Source: an uncultured Planctomycetota bacterium
GTDB taxonomy: Bacteria; Planctomycetota; Planctomycetia; Isosphaerales; Isosphaeraceae
NCBI GenBank assembly: GCA_963845755.1
Contig: CAWJTV010000029.1
Coordinates: 352,001 to 416,000 of the forward strand
DNA: 64,000 nt
Direction of reading: 5' to 3'
In this document: in pieces, positions 24,928 through 34,047 of the stretch
Layout of the letters: each line of letters begins with the position of its first letter
Numbering within the stretch: the stretch's first letter is position 1
Notes under the pieces: model-generated
Told to the model about the DNA's origin: nothing
Database searches by the model: none
What the model saw: the letters and a program-made list of their open reading frames with translations, nothing else
Translations under genes and position numbers: made by a program

Positions 24928-25425
24928 ATGCTCCTCTACGTGATCTGCGAGGCGTGTGGGATCGCCGGGAACGTCCTGGTCGCGGATGAGGCGAATCTTC
25001 CGCGATGCCCGCGATGCGAGGGGCGACTCTCGGTCGGGGCGAAGGGGGGCGCGGGGCGAGGCCATGAGGAACGGGGCTTCGACGAGGAGATCGTCGCGTG
25101 GGTCTCCCAGCCCTCCGAATTGGCGGCCTCGCACCCGGACAGTGATGTGGTCTGTCGTTCGTGCGGTTGGGCCGGCGTGATGCCGTTCGATTCGGATCGG
25201 GGAGATTCCATCTGCCCGGCGTGTCTGGCGGTCTACTGGATGAAGCCGCCGCCCGGCCATCACAGCGTGGCCTGCCCGGGCTGCGGACAGCCCGTCGAGT
25301 ACTCGGATCTCGATCGCGGCAAGACCATCCTCTGTGGCGCATGCAACTACTTCCTGGGATGCCTCGTCGCGCCCGAGAAGCACGCCTATCGAAATCGTCG
25401 GCGCAGGCCTGCGGTGACCCGGTAA
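24928..25425 (+). CDS. Multi zinc-ribbon protein
   Basis: Six CxxC motifs (CEAC, CPRC, CRSC, CPAC, CPGC, CGAC). Confidence 0.7.
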   Translation: MLLYVICEACGIAGNVLVADEANLPRCPRCEGRLSVGAKGGAGRGHEERGFDEEIVAWVSQPSELAASHPDSDVVCRSCGWAGVMPFDSDRGDSICPACLAVYWMKPPPGHHSVACPGCGQPVEYSDLDRGKTILCGACNYFLGCLVAPEKHAYRNRRRRPAVTR

Positions 25426-25479
25426 GCCCAGCCGATCCGCGTTGACGCCGATCGAGCGACCGTGAACCTCGCGACGCGA

Positions 25480-26343
25480 TCAGCGCGGGGAGAGTGCCAG
25501 GATCACGACCCAGTACGGGATGCCGTCTTCATCCACGGCCACGGCGATCCCGACCCGATCGTAGTGGGCCAGCAGGGTCTCGCGATCCTCGCGGCGTTCG
25601 AGCGAGGACTTGACGACCTGAGCCGGATCGCTCTCGCCGGAGGAGAGACTCATGCCGAACGTTCGCGCGCGGTAACCCTGCTCCTTGAGGAGATCGAAGG
25701 GAGACTGCCCGTCGCGATTCTTACCGTCGACGGTATGTCGCGCGGCGAGGTCGCGTGCGAACTCGTCGGCGACTCGAGTGAGTTTCGGGTCCGCTTTCAC
25801 GCTCGATCGCTTGGCCTCGGACCGCGTCCGGTTCAAGGCCGCGATCATCGCGGCGGAGGCCTTGGTGGTATCGACCGTGGGCCTCGGCCGAGCGAAGTTG
25901 ACACACCAGTACTGGTGGCCTTCTGAGTCCGGGACCATCGCCACGCCGATCTCGGAGAATAGCTTGTCCAGGATATTCTTGAGATGCGGCGGGCTGTCCA
26001 ACCACAATTGCATCGCCTGGTCGCTCGTCTCGGCTGTCGCGATGTTCTCACCGACTTCCTGATAGTGATAACCCCGTTGTTTCACCCGCTTGGAGACGGT
26101 CGAGCCGTCGCTCCCATCATGGCTCATCTTCTGATGTTCGGCCATGTCTCGGGCGTGCGCGCGCGCGGCCTCGGTGAGCTGGGCATTGACCTTCAGCGGC
26201 GGCAGTTTGGCCTCGGCGCGCACGCGATTGTGCGCCTCGATCACAGTCGTCACGTCGCGAGACTCGGGCTTCTCCTGGCCGATCGTCGCGAGCGCCGTGA
26301 ACACGACGGTTGGCCACCAGACGTTTGCGGAAAAAAGTCGCAT
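25480..26343 (-). CDS. Secreted protein with two CAP/SCP domains
   Basis: HNRVRAEAKLPPL, HARDMA, GENIA, WLDSPPHLKNIL, second degenerate repeat. Confidence 0.9.
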   Translation of the reverse strand: MRLFSANVWWPTVVFTALATIGQEKPESRDVTTVIEAHNRVRAEAKLPPLKVNAQLTEAARAHARDMAEHQKMSHDGSDGSTVSKRVKQRGYHYQEVGENIATAETSDQAMQLWLDSPPHLKNILDKLFSEIGVAMVPDSEGHQYWCVNFARPRPTVDTTKASAAMIAALNRTRSEAKRSSVKADPKLTRVADEFARDLAARHTVDGKNRDGQSPFDLLKEQGYRARTFGMSLSSGESDPAQVVKSSLERREDRETLLAHYDRVGIAVAVDEDGIPYWVVILALSPR

Positions 26344-26622
26344 AGTCCACCCCCTGAAGGATTTGACCGAACCACCCGTTGAAGTCTATGGTCGCCCGAG
26401 ACCATCTTCAAGGTTCGGCCGGACTCTGGTTGCACCGCCCCGACCGGGATGACCGCTACACGCCTGACTGCCCTCTGGCGACCGACGTGGGATTTGATGA
26501 TAATCCAGCGACGAACCCCGCCTGGACGCCATCCATCCCAAGACCATCCCTCACGACTCGGACGATCTGGCGACCTCGGTCGAGAGCCGTGAGTGGAATT
26601 TCCAACCCATCGAGGAGAACTC

Positions 26623-27945
26623 ATGGAGCGAATCATGACCCCCGCGGTCCGCAATGCTCGCGAAGCGACCGGACCGGGACGGATCGCGCCGCGGACCGGG
26701 ATGATGGTCCTCCTGGCCTCGTTCGTGATCCTGGGCTTCGAGGCGCCGGCCCGCGCGGAAGGCGCGTTTGCGATCCGGGATGGCGATCGCGTCGTCTTCT
26801 ACGGGGACAGCATCACCGATCAGCGGCTCTACACAACGTTCGTCGAGACTTTCATCGTGACGCGGTTCCCGTCGATGAACGTCGCGTTCGTGCACTCGGG
26901 TTGGGGTGGCGACCGGGTCACCGGCGGAGGCGGCGGCCCGATCGACCGCCGGCTGGAACGGGACGTGTTCGCCTACAAGCCCAGCGTCGTCACCGTCATG
27001 CTGGGCATGAACGACGCCAGTTATCAGCCATTCAAGCAATCGATCTTCGATGTCTACACCAATGGCTATCAACACCTGGTGCACTCGCTCAAGGGCCACT
27101 TGCCGCAGGCGCGGATCACCCTGATCCAGCCGTCTCCGTTCGACGACGTGACGCGAAAGCCGGCCTTCGAGGGAGGATACAACCAGGTGCTCATCCGCTA
27201 TGGCGAGTTCGTCCGTTCCCTGGCCGAGAAAGAGGGGGCGATGGTGGCCGACCTGAATACCTCGGTCGTGGCGGCGCTGAAGAAGGCCCAGGAGATCGAT
27301 CCGACTCATGCCCAGGACCTCATCCACGACCGGGTCCATCCCGGCCCGTCGGGCCAGTTGCTGATGGCCGAGGCCCTCCTCAAAGCCTGGAACGCCCCCG
27401 CCGTCGTCTCCGTCGTGGAAATCGACGCCGCGACGATGAAGGTCCTGAAGAAGGAGAACACCCGGATCGACGGCCTCACGACCCATGGGACGATCTCCTG
27501 GACGCAGCGCGATTCGGCTTTGCCCATGCCGATCGACCTCAAAGACCGGATGATCGAGCTGGCCGTCAAGGCATCCGATGTCGAGCAGGCGCTGAATCAA
27601 GAGATCCTGAAGGTCGACGGCCTCGAGGCAGCGCGCTATCGGCTCAAGATCGACGGCCAGGACCTGGGCGATCTGACCAGGGATCAGCTCGCCGCGGGGG
27701 TGAACCTCGCGGAGCACGCCACCCCGATGTTTCGACAGGCCGCCGCTGTACACGAGCTGACATTAGAACATAACACCATCCATTTTCAGCGATGGCGCAT
27801 GCTCCAGGTGCCGTTCGCGGGGCAGACTTATCCGAACTTGCACAAGGCGGAGGACGACCTCGATGCCCTCGAGGCCGACCTTGTCCTCGACCAGCGGGCC
27901 AAGGCCAGGCCGGTCCCGCATCGATTCGAGCTGGTTCCCCGGTGA
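26623..27945 (+). CDS. SGNH/GDSL hydrolase
   Basis: FYGDSIT, GWGGD, LGMND, DRVHP. Confidence 0.9.
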   Translation: MERIMTPAVRNAREATGPGRIAPRTGMMVLLASFVILGFEAPARAEGAFAIRDGDRVVFYGDSITDQRLYTTFVETFIVTRFPSMNVAFVHSGWGGDRVTGGGGGPIDRRLERDVFAYKPSVVTVMLGMNDASYQPFKQSIFDVYTNGYQHLVHSLKGHLPQARITLIQPSPFDDVTRKPAFEGGYNQVLIRYGEFVRSLAEKEGAMVADLNTSVVAALKKAQEIDPTHAQDLIHDRVHPGPSGQLLMAEALLKAWNAPAVVSVVEIDAATMKVLKKENTRIDGLTTHGTISWTQRDSALPMPIDLKDRMIELAVKASDVEQALNQEILKVDGLEAARYRLKIDGQDLGDLTRDQLAAGVNLAEHATPMFRQAAAVHELTLEHNTIHFQRWRMLQVPFAGQTYPNLHKAEDDLDALEADLVLDQRAKARPVPHRFELVPR

Positions 27946-28004
27946 TCGACGAGCCGGCCCGTCGCCTCCGATCGGATCGGCGATGCGCCGTTGGAGTTCA
28001 CGCC

Positions 28005-29539
28005 ATGATGCACCGTGCCCGAGCATTCGGACTGACGATCGCGCTGCTGGCCGCTTCCGGCGCGTTCGCGAGAGTTCAAGGCCAGCCAGCAGCTCCAACC
28101 AGGGCCGGTTTCGCCGAGCGCGACATCACGCCCGAGATCGGCATGGAGGCGCCCGGCGGTTATGGCAAGGCGTACCATCGCACGATCCACGACCCCTGCA
28201 AGGTGCGCGCGGCCGTCTTCGACGACGGCCGATCGCGGGTCGCGCTGGTGGGCATCGATGCACTCGGCATCCGTCGGGACACGGTCCAGAAGGTCCGTCG
28301 TGCCGTCCAGGACAAGACCGGGATCCCGGGAGAATCGATCCTGATCGGCGCCTCGCACTCGCATTCCTCCGGGCCGCTCGTCTGGACCCTTCGCGGCGAG
28401 TACGACCATGTCTCTCCGTTCGTCCAGCGGCTGGCTTATGAAGAGTCCACGATCGCCGACCCGAAGTACGTGGCCAGGGTCGAGCAAGCCCTGATCGACG
28501 CGATCGTCCAGGCCAACGATCGCCGGATGGAGGCGCGTGCAGGCGTCGGCAAGGGCGTGGAGGGGACGGTCGCCTTCAACCGCCGATTCGTCATGCGCGA
28601 CGGGCGGACGGTGACTCATCCCGGCCTGGGTAACCCCGACATCGTCGAGCCGGCCGGACCGGTCGATCCGGAAGTCGGCGTGATCGGTGCCTGGGACGCC
28701 AAGGATCCCCATCATCTGCTCGGCTGCATCGTCAATTTCGCCTGCCACGCCACCACGAGTCCGGGCGGGATCTCGGCCAATTACATTTATTACCTGGAGA
28801 AGGTGATCCAGGGTTATTACGGCAAGGATGCCGTGGTCGTCTTCCTGGCCGGCGCCTCGGGCGACATCACCCAGGTCGACAACCGGAGCCCCCACGCGTA
28901 TCCCGACGGCGAGCGCTGGGCCCAGCTCGTCGGCGGCAAGGTCGGTGCCGAGGCGCTCAAGGTCCTGCTCACGATCCAGCCCGGCACGCTCGCGCCGGTG
29001 GCGGCCCGCAGCCGGGTCTGGGAGATCCCGCGAAGGCCCCCGTCCCCCGAGCGCGTGCAGGCTGCCTCCGAGATTGTCCGAGGGAAAAGGGAAGCCGTGG
29101 ACGCGACGACCCGGACGTTCGCCAAGGAGACCCTTGTGCTCAATGCCCTCCTGAAGAAGAGCCCGACGGCCGAGGTCGAGGTGCAGGCTGTCCAGGTCGG
29201 GCCGGCGGTCTTCGTGACGACCCCCGCCGAATACTTCTGTCGCTTCGGCCTCGAGATCAAGGCGGCCAGCGGCTTCCCGTTCACATTCCCGGTCTCGCTG
29301 GCCAACGGCTGCGTGGGCTACGTGCCGACCGAGGACGCCTTCGGCCCGAATGGCGGCGGCTACGAGACCCGCCTGACGAGCTACAGCAACCTCGAGATCA
29401 CGGCCGGCACCCAGATGCGCGATGCCGGGATTTCCCTCGCGCGACAGCTCACTCCCGGCCCGGTGCCCGAGGCGCCCAGCGGCCTCCGTTCCGGGGCGAG
29501 CCGTGGTCATACGGGAATGTTCCTCCCGAGCGGCAATAG
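28005..29539 (+). CDS. Neutral/alkaline ceramidase-like secreted hydrolase (3' frameshift ~29478)
   Basis: AGFAERDITP, HDPCKVRA, ASHSHSSG, FACHAT, GASGDI, GYVPT; shifted frame ends RGEPWSYGNVPPERQ*. Confidence 0.7.
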
Positions 29540-29603
29540 ATTCGTCCTCCGTTTGCCACAGGGCGTATGCGTTCCCGGACGACAACCGCAGTCGGGCTCG
29601 AAC

Positions 29604-29755
29604 TCATCGCGCCGGCGAGAGATCGAGGAAGACAATGCTCGATGGGTTGCCGACGGCGGCGTAATGGCCGGTGAACTGGAGGCCGCCGGTGTTGCGATCG
29701 ACCCGGAAGACCGCGATATTGTCGCCGCGCTGATTGCAGCAGTAGAGGAACCGGG
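29604..29755 (-). pseudogene. 3' remnant of 6-phosphogluconolactonase-like (lactonase beta-propeller) gene
   Basis: RFLYCCNQRGDNIAVFRVDRNTGGLQFTGHYAAVGNPSSIVFLDL; no 5' part upstream. Confidence 0.7.
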
Positions 29756-29782
29756 CGGGGCCCGGCGTCGCCAGGGAGCAAT

Positions 29783-29975
29783 GATTCCCCGTTCGTGCTT
29801 GGCAAACGTCCCCAGCCATGGTAATCTGTACGTTAATAATAACGAACTGATAATGAGTAGCGCCCCTGACGCATAGCGACTTCAACCACCTGCTGAGCAG
29901 CATCAAGGCCCTGTCGCCGGAACAGCTGCGCCAGTTCCGCCGGCAGCTCGACCGCCAGCTCGCCCAGCCGAAGAA
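29783..29975 (+). repeat. Direct repeat copy 1 (promoter plus antitoxin 5' end); copy 2 at 32563-32750
   Basis: CTTGGCAAACGTCCCCAGCCATGGTAATCTGTACGTTAAT...GACGCATAGCGACTTCAACCACCT...CAGCTCGACCGCCAGCTCGCCCAGCCG shared by both copies. Confidence 0.9.
29799..29827 (+). promoter_or_regulatory. Sigma70-like promoter TTGGCA-N17-TAATCT
   Basis: Identical copy at 32580-32608; variant TTGGCA-N17-TAGTCT at 33178-33206; each precedes an antitoxin gene. Confidence 0.65.
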
Positions 29976-30131
29976 ACGCCCCGCTTCGGTCAAGGCCGCC
30001 GCTGACGTTGAGGAAACCGCCTACGACGTGGCCAGCCGCGCGGGCTGATCGGCTGCTTCAAGGGCGCGCCGCGCTCACCCACCGACCTCGCCACCAACCC
30101 GAAGCACATGGAAGGCTTTGGACGTGATTAG
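29866..30131 (+). CDS. Putative VapB-like antitoxin (frameshifted; start codon damaged)
   Basis: THSDFNHLLSSIKALSPEQLRQ...AGLIGCFKGAPRSPTDLATNPKHMEGFGRD*; overlaps the PIN gene start. Confidence 0.6.
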
Positions 30132-30210
30132 CCGGACGCTGGCCGACACCGGCCCGCTGGTCGCCATCATCCGCACCCACAAGAAATGCACCGCCGCCTT
30201 GAAGGGTCAC
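30124..30210 (+). pseudogene. Truncated PIN-domain toxin N-terminus
   Basis: VISRTLADTGPLVAII...HKKCTAALK, then similarity stops. Confidence 0.55.
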
Positions 30211-30304
30211 ACCGACAATGCGGCGCGCAGATCGTGTCCAATCTCATTTCTGCGGAACGTCGGCTCAAGCGATTCTGAAGAACCTGGGGTGGAGATTTTG
30301 TACC

Positions 30305-30835
30305 ATGGCCAAGCTCGTCTATGGAATGAACCAGTCCTTGGATGGCTACGTCAACCATCTGGAATTTAGGCCAAGCCCGGCGCTCTTTCGTCACTTCATA
30401 GAGCAAGTGCGCGACGTGACGGGCAGTGTGTACGGTCGCCGCATGTACGAGGTCATGCGTTATTGGGACGAAGACAGCCCGGATTGGGGCGCGGAGGAAC
30501 ACGACTTCGCGGCGGCGTGGCGGAGCCAGCCGAAGTGGGTTGTGTCGCGCACGTTGAAGTCGGTCGGACCCAACGCCACACTGGTCGAGGATGACATCGA
30601 GGCGGTGATACGTGGGCTGAAGGCACAGTCTGTTGGGGAGATTGAAGTTGCCGGACCAGACTTGGCAGGAAGCCTAACCAACCTTGGTCTTATTGATGAG
30701 TATCGACTTTACCTCCACCCCATCGTACTGGGTCGTGGCAAGCCATTCTTCTCCGGCCCTCGGCCGCCGCTCCGCCTTGTGACCAGCGATCTCGTTGGCG
30801 AGGACGTGATTAGGTTGACGTACGTTCCCGCTTAA
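30305..30835 (+). CDS. Dihydrofolate reductase-like (RibD C-terminal domain) protein
   Basis: MNQSLDGY, YGRRMYE, PKWVVSRTL, GLIDEYRLYLHPIVLGRGKPFF. Confidence 0.9.
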   Translation: MAKLVYGMNQSLDGYVNHLEFRPSPALFRHFIEQVRDVTGSVYGRRMYEVMRYWDEDSPDWGAEEHDFAAAWRSQPKWVVSRTLKSVGPNATLVEDDIEAVIRGLKAQSVGEIEVAGPDLAGSLTNLGLIDEYRLYLHPIVLGRGKPFFSGPRPPLRLVTSDLVGEDVIRLTYVPA

Positions 30836-31258
30836 TCGCGCGACTCGCCCGACGGATTGCGCCGGGGCGTCAGGTCCACTTTGGGTCATCACGGTAGAAA
30901 AGTCCCGGTGGCGCAGCGGCGCAGCATTCGACCAAAACTGACGCTGCCCGTCAGATCGAATGCCTGCCAGGACAGCTCCTTACCCTAGTTTTACCCTTTC
31001 GAGGGGTTGGGCATTAATAGGGTTCATCCGGATCCGCGCGTGCCGGTCTTGAAAACGGTGGAGTTGTGATCTGGCCTCGCCCACGGCGAATCCTTGGCCC
31101 GAAGGGGCCGCAACCTAACCGCCCGGGGCAACGCCCCGGGAACGGAGCCCCCAACGGGAAAATGCCCTGAAAGGGCGACACAGGTGCAGGCCGCCGGCCC
31201 GGTTTGTCTGGCGCCTTCAGGGCAGGGATTGGGGTGGGCGACGCGTCCCCGGGGCGTT

Positions 31259-32247
31259 CAACTTATTCCATTTGGAACGTAAGTCCTTGTCGATTCACGA
31301 TCCGCACAGCATTGATCAGCAGTTTGGCCCAGACCCAACGCCACACCCGCCACGACCGGCGCACCCAGGCCGGCAGCGGACCCAGGCCGCCACCGAAGGA
31401 GGTCGCCTGGCCGAAGGATCGCTCGATCGCGCCGCGCATCGCGTAGAGGCTCTTCCCGAAATCTCCCTGCAACAGCTCGATGCAGCGGAGGCGGTACGGG
31501 CTTTGGCGGCGGTGTCCCAGTCCGGCCTTGGGGTCCTCGCGCGGGGCTACCAACTGGTAGCCCGCGGCGCCCGCCGCGTCGAAGACCGGGTTGGCGTCGT
31601 ACTCGCCATCGCCCAGCACGTAGCCACCGCCGCCGCAGTCGGCCAATTCCGGCAGCAACTGCTCGGCGGCCTTGGTCTCGGCGACATTCAGCGGTGTGAT
31701 CGAACACACCTCGGGCATCGGACGGTTGCTCCAGACGGCGTGCAATTTGTAGCCCTTGGCGATCTTGCCGGCGCCGTGGCCATTGCGGGCATCCGGATCG
31801 TGACTGGCACCACCAACCGGCAAGGGCTTACCGTCGAGGATCTGTACCAACCGCGGGGGGACTACATCGCGGAGCCGCGTCGCCAAAGTCCGCATGAGGA
31901 CGCCCACGGCCAAGCTCCGGAGTCGTCGGCTCAGAGTCGAGGGCGCGGGCAAACGACCCGGCTGGAGCGTCGTGGTCTTCCAGTGCCGAGGATCACAAGC
32001 CCAGCAGGCCGGTCGATCGTGAAGGGCGGCCCACAGGTGGACCAGGACCAAGATGTGGGGCTGGTAGGAGACGTTGACCTGGCGGATCGAGCCACCCACC
32101 GCCATGACGAGGTGATACAGTTGCGGCCAGAGTTCCAGTTCCATAGTTGCCCTCCTCTGAGGATTGTCTCTACTTCCATACATAGATACGATCCTGGGAG
32201 GGAAATTGTTCTGACATAAAGACTTGCGACCTAAATGGAATAAGTTG
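31259..32247 (-). mobile_element. 989-bp IS (DDE, IS4/IS5/IS982-like) inserted into the MITE hairpin
   Basis: TIR CAACTTATTCCATTT / AAATGGAATAAGTTG; GTT duplicated at 31256-58 and 32248-50. Confidence 0.9.
31263..32144 (-). CDS. DDE transposase
   Basis: PSTLSRRLR, ILDGKP, GYKLH, LGDGEYD, YAMRGAIERSFG. Confidence 0.9.
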   Translation of the reverse strand: MELELWPQLYHLVMAVGGSIRQVNVSYQPHILVLVHLWAALHDRPACWACDPRHWKTTTLQPGRLPAPSTLSRRLRSLAVGVLMRTLATRLRDVVPPRLVQILDGKPLPVGGASHDPDARNGHGAGKIAKGYKLHAVWSNRPMPEVCSITPLNVAETKAAEQLLPELADCGGGGYVLGDGEYDANPVFDAAGAAGYQLVAPREDPKAGLGHRRQSPYRLRCIELLQGDFGKSLYAMRGAIERSFGQATSFGGGLGPLPAWVRRSWRVWRWVWAKLLINAVRIVNRQGLTFQME

Positions 32248-32487
32248 GTTGCCCCGGGCTGGTTTGTCGGGGCCCCTTCGGGGCGATTCGTGGCGGCTTC
32301 GTGGTCACCAATTCGCGGCTTCCTGATCGGTCGGCGCGCGAAATCCGGATGAACCATTAATAGCCAAAAGCCTCCCACACGAAGCAGGCGGCACCGCCCA
32401 CCTCGGCCACGACCGCCGGAATCACCTCTGCACCGCCTGACCGGATCACCGCCGGCAACACCCCGCCGTCCATCTGTCCGTCCCTCC

Positions 32488-32536
32488 CTCGCCGGTTATC
32501 CTTGATAACGTCCTTTATCAAGGACGACCCGGCGAG
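32488..32536. other. dif-like tyrosine recombinase core site 1
   Basis: TCCTTGATAA CGTCCT TTATCAAGGA within a longer CTCGCCGG..CCGGCGAG palindrome. Confidence 0.65.
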
Positions 32537-32647
32537 ACAAGCAGCGATGCTTGACCTGCCGCGATTCCCCCGCCCCGGCTTGGCAAACGTCCCCAGCCAT
32601 GGTAATCTGTACGTTAATGATAACGAACTGATGATGAGTACCGCCCC

Positions 32648-32967
32648 GTGACGCATAGCGACTTCAACCACCTCCTAAGCAGCATCAAGGGCCTGTCGCC
32701 GGAGCAGCTCCGCCAGCAGCTCGACCGCCAGCTCGCCCAGCCGGAGAAGCCCGCGCCCCGGCAGCCACCAAGACCGCCAAGCGCGTCAAGGCCGCAACGC
32801 CGCCCAAAAAGACGCTGACGCCTGCCGAGATAGATCAATACATGCTGAGCATCGGCTTGTTGAGTCAGTTGCCAGATACCGCCGCCGACTATGACGATCC
32901 CGACGATGAGCCGATCACCATCAAGGGCGAGCCGCTGTCGGAAACCATCATCCGCGAGCGGCGCTGA
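32648..32967 (+). CDS. Putative orphan VapB-like antitoxin (one frameshift ~32758)
   Basis: GTG start; THSDFNHLLSSIKGLSPEQLRQ...ITIKGEPLSETIIRERR*. Confidence 0.6.
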
Positions 32968-33230
32968 CGGTGGCCGCCGCCGATGAGGACAACATGCCGC
33001 TGAACAAACCAAACCGGTGAGCAGCTTGCCCCGGAACAACTCGCCCGGGCGAGAAGGGAACAGACGGCCTCCGGTGCGGGTAATATGGTCAATCCTTCCC
33101 ATGTCGCCGCGTCCAACGTCGGCCTGCATGACGCGTGCATGATCTTCGAGCGGCCGTAACCAACGGTGCCGCTTCGCTTGGCAACCGGCGGCGGTTGTGC
33201 TAGTCTGCAAATCATAGGAGCAAAACCTCT

Positions 33231-33485
33231 ATGACCATCCATTTATCGGGACAACGGGAGCGGATCGTTCTTTCCCTGCTGGCCGCCGGAAAATTCGCAT
33301 CGGCGGATGAGGTGATCGACGAAGCCTTGCGGCTGGTCGGGCAGCGGTATCAGGATGCGGATGCGGCGGCACAGCAGCTTGACAATCTCAGGCAATTGGG
33401 ACGCAAGCTGGACGCCATGCCGGTGGAATCCGCCGCCGATGGGCTGACCAACCGCGACCATGACCGGCTGCTCTACGGCAAATGA
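33231..33485 (+). CDS. Ribbon-helix-helix (ParD/CopG-like) antitoxin
   Basis: MTIHLS...AGKFASADEVIDEALRLV; C-terminal NRDHDRLLYGK; ATGA overlap with the PIN gene. Confidence 0.8.
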   Translation: MTIHLSGQRERIVLSLLAAGKFASADEVIDEALRLVGQRYQDADAAAQQLDNLRQLGRKLDAMPVESAADGLTNRDHDRLLYGK

Positions 33486-33883
33486 CGCCGATCTTCGTTG
33501 ATACCGGTGCATGGTTCGCCCGGTTCGTGCCGTCCGATCCCGACCATCCGGCCGCCCGCGAGTGGTTCGAGCACAATACGCATCCCTTGCTGACCACGGA
33601 TTACATCGTCGATGAATTGCTGACCGTGCTCAAGGTACGCGGCGAGTTTCAGCGTGCCCTGGAAGTCGGCCCCGCCTTGCTCAACGGCGATGTGTGCCAC
33701 CTCGAATGGGTGAGCCGGGCCGATGTGGCGAACGCCTGGAAGGTATTTTCCGCCTATCGGGAGAAAGGCTGGAGCTTCACCGATTGCATCAGCCGGGCCG
33801 TGATGGAACGGCTTGGCATCGCCACGGCGGTGGCGTTCGATGAGCATTTCCGCCAGTTCGGGACCGTCACCGTCCTGCCGTGA
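33482..33883 (+). CDS. vapC: VapC/PIN-domain toxin
   Basis: IFVDTGAW, TTDYIVDE, SFTDCIS, AFDEHFRQFG. Confidence 0.9.
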   Translation: MTPIFVDTGAWFARFVPSDPDHPAAREWFEHNTHPLLTTDYIVDELLTVLKVRGEFQRALEVGPALLNGDVCHLEWVSRADVANAWKVFSAYREKGWSFTDCISRAVMERLGIATAVAFDEHFRQFGTVTVLP

Positions 33884-34004
33884 CGGCAACCGGCCTGCCC
33901 GGTCGGAACCGTTATCCCCTCACCCTCGCCAACTGGCGCATCTGACGCCCGCCGCTGGTCGATCCTTCGTTTGCTGGACGCCGGACAGAGGACCCTGTGG
34001 GTGG

Positions 34005-34030
34005 TATCCGATAAAGGGCGTTATTGGATG
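34005..34030. other. dif-like tyrosine recombinase core site 2
   Basis: ATCCGATAA AGGGCG TTATTGGAT. Confidence 0.6.
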
Positions 34031-34047
34031 GACTGTCCACAATCCAC

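Larger units (their letters stand above)
31021..32355. mobile_element. MITE (~343 bp without the nested IS) carrying REP-like hairpins; 8-bp target site duplication
   Basis: TIR GGTTCATCCGGAT / ATCCGGATGAACC; ATTAATAG at 31013-31020 and 32356-32363; internal GCCCTGAAAGGGC and CCCGGGGCAACGCCCCGGG. Confidence 0.8.

Noticed and set aside
27792..29876. 694-aa ORF as the full ceramidase-like protein
   Set aside because: The N-terminal extension overlaps the SGNH gene and the C-terminal extension comes from a frameshift at ~29478. The likely gene is 28005-29539.
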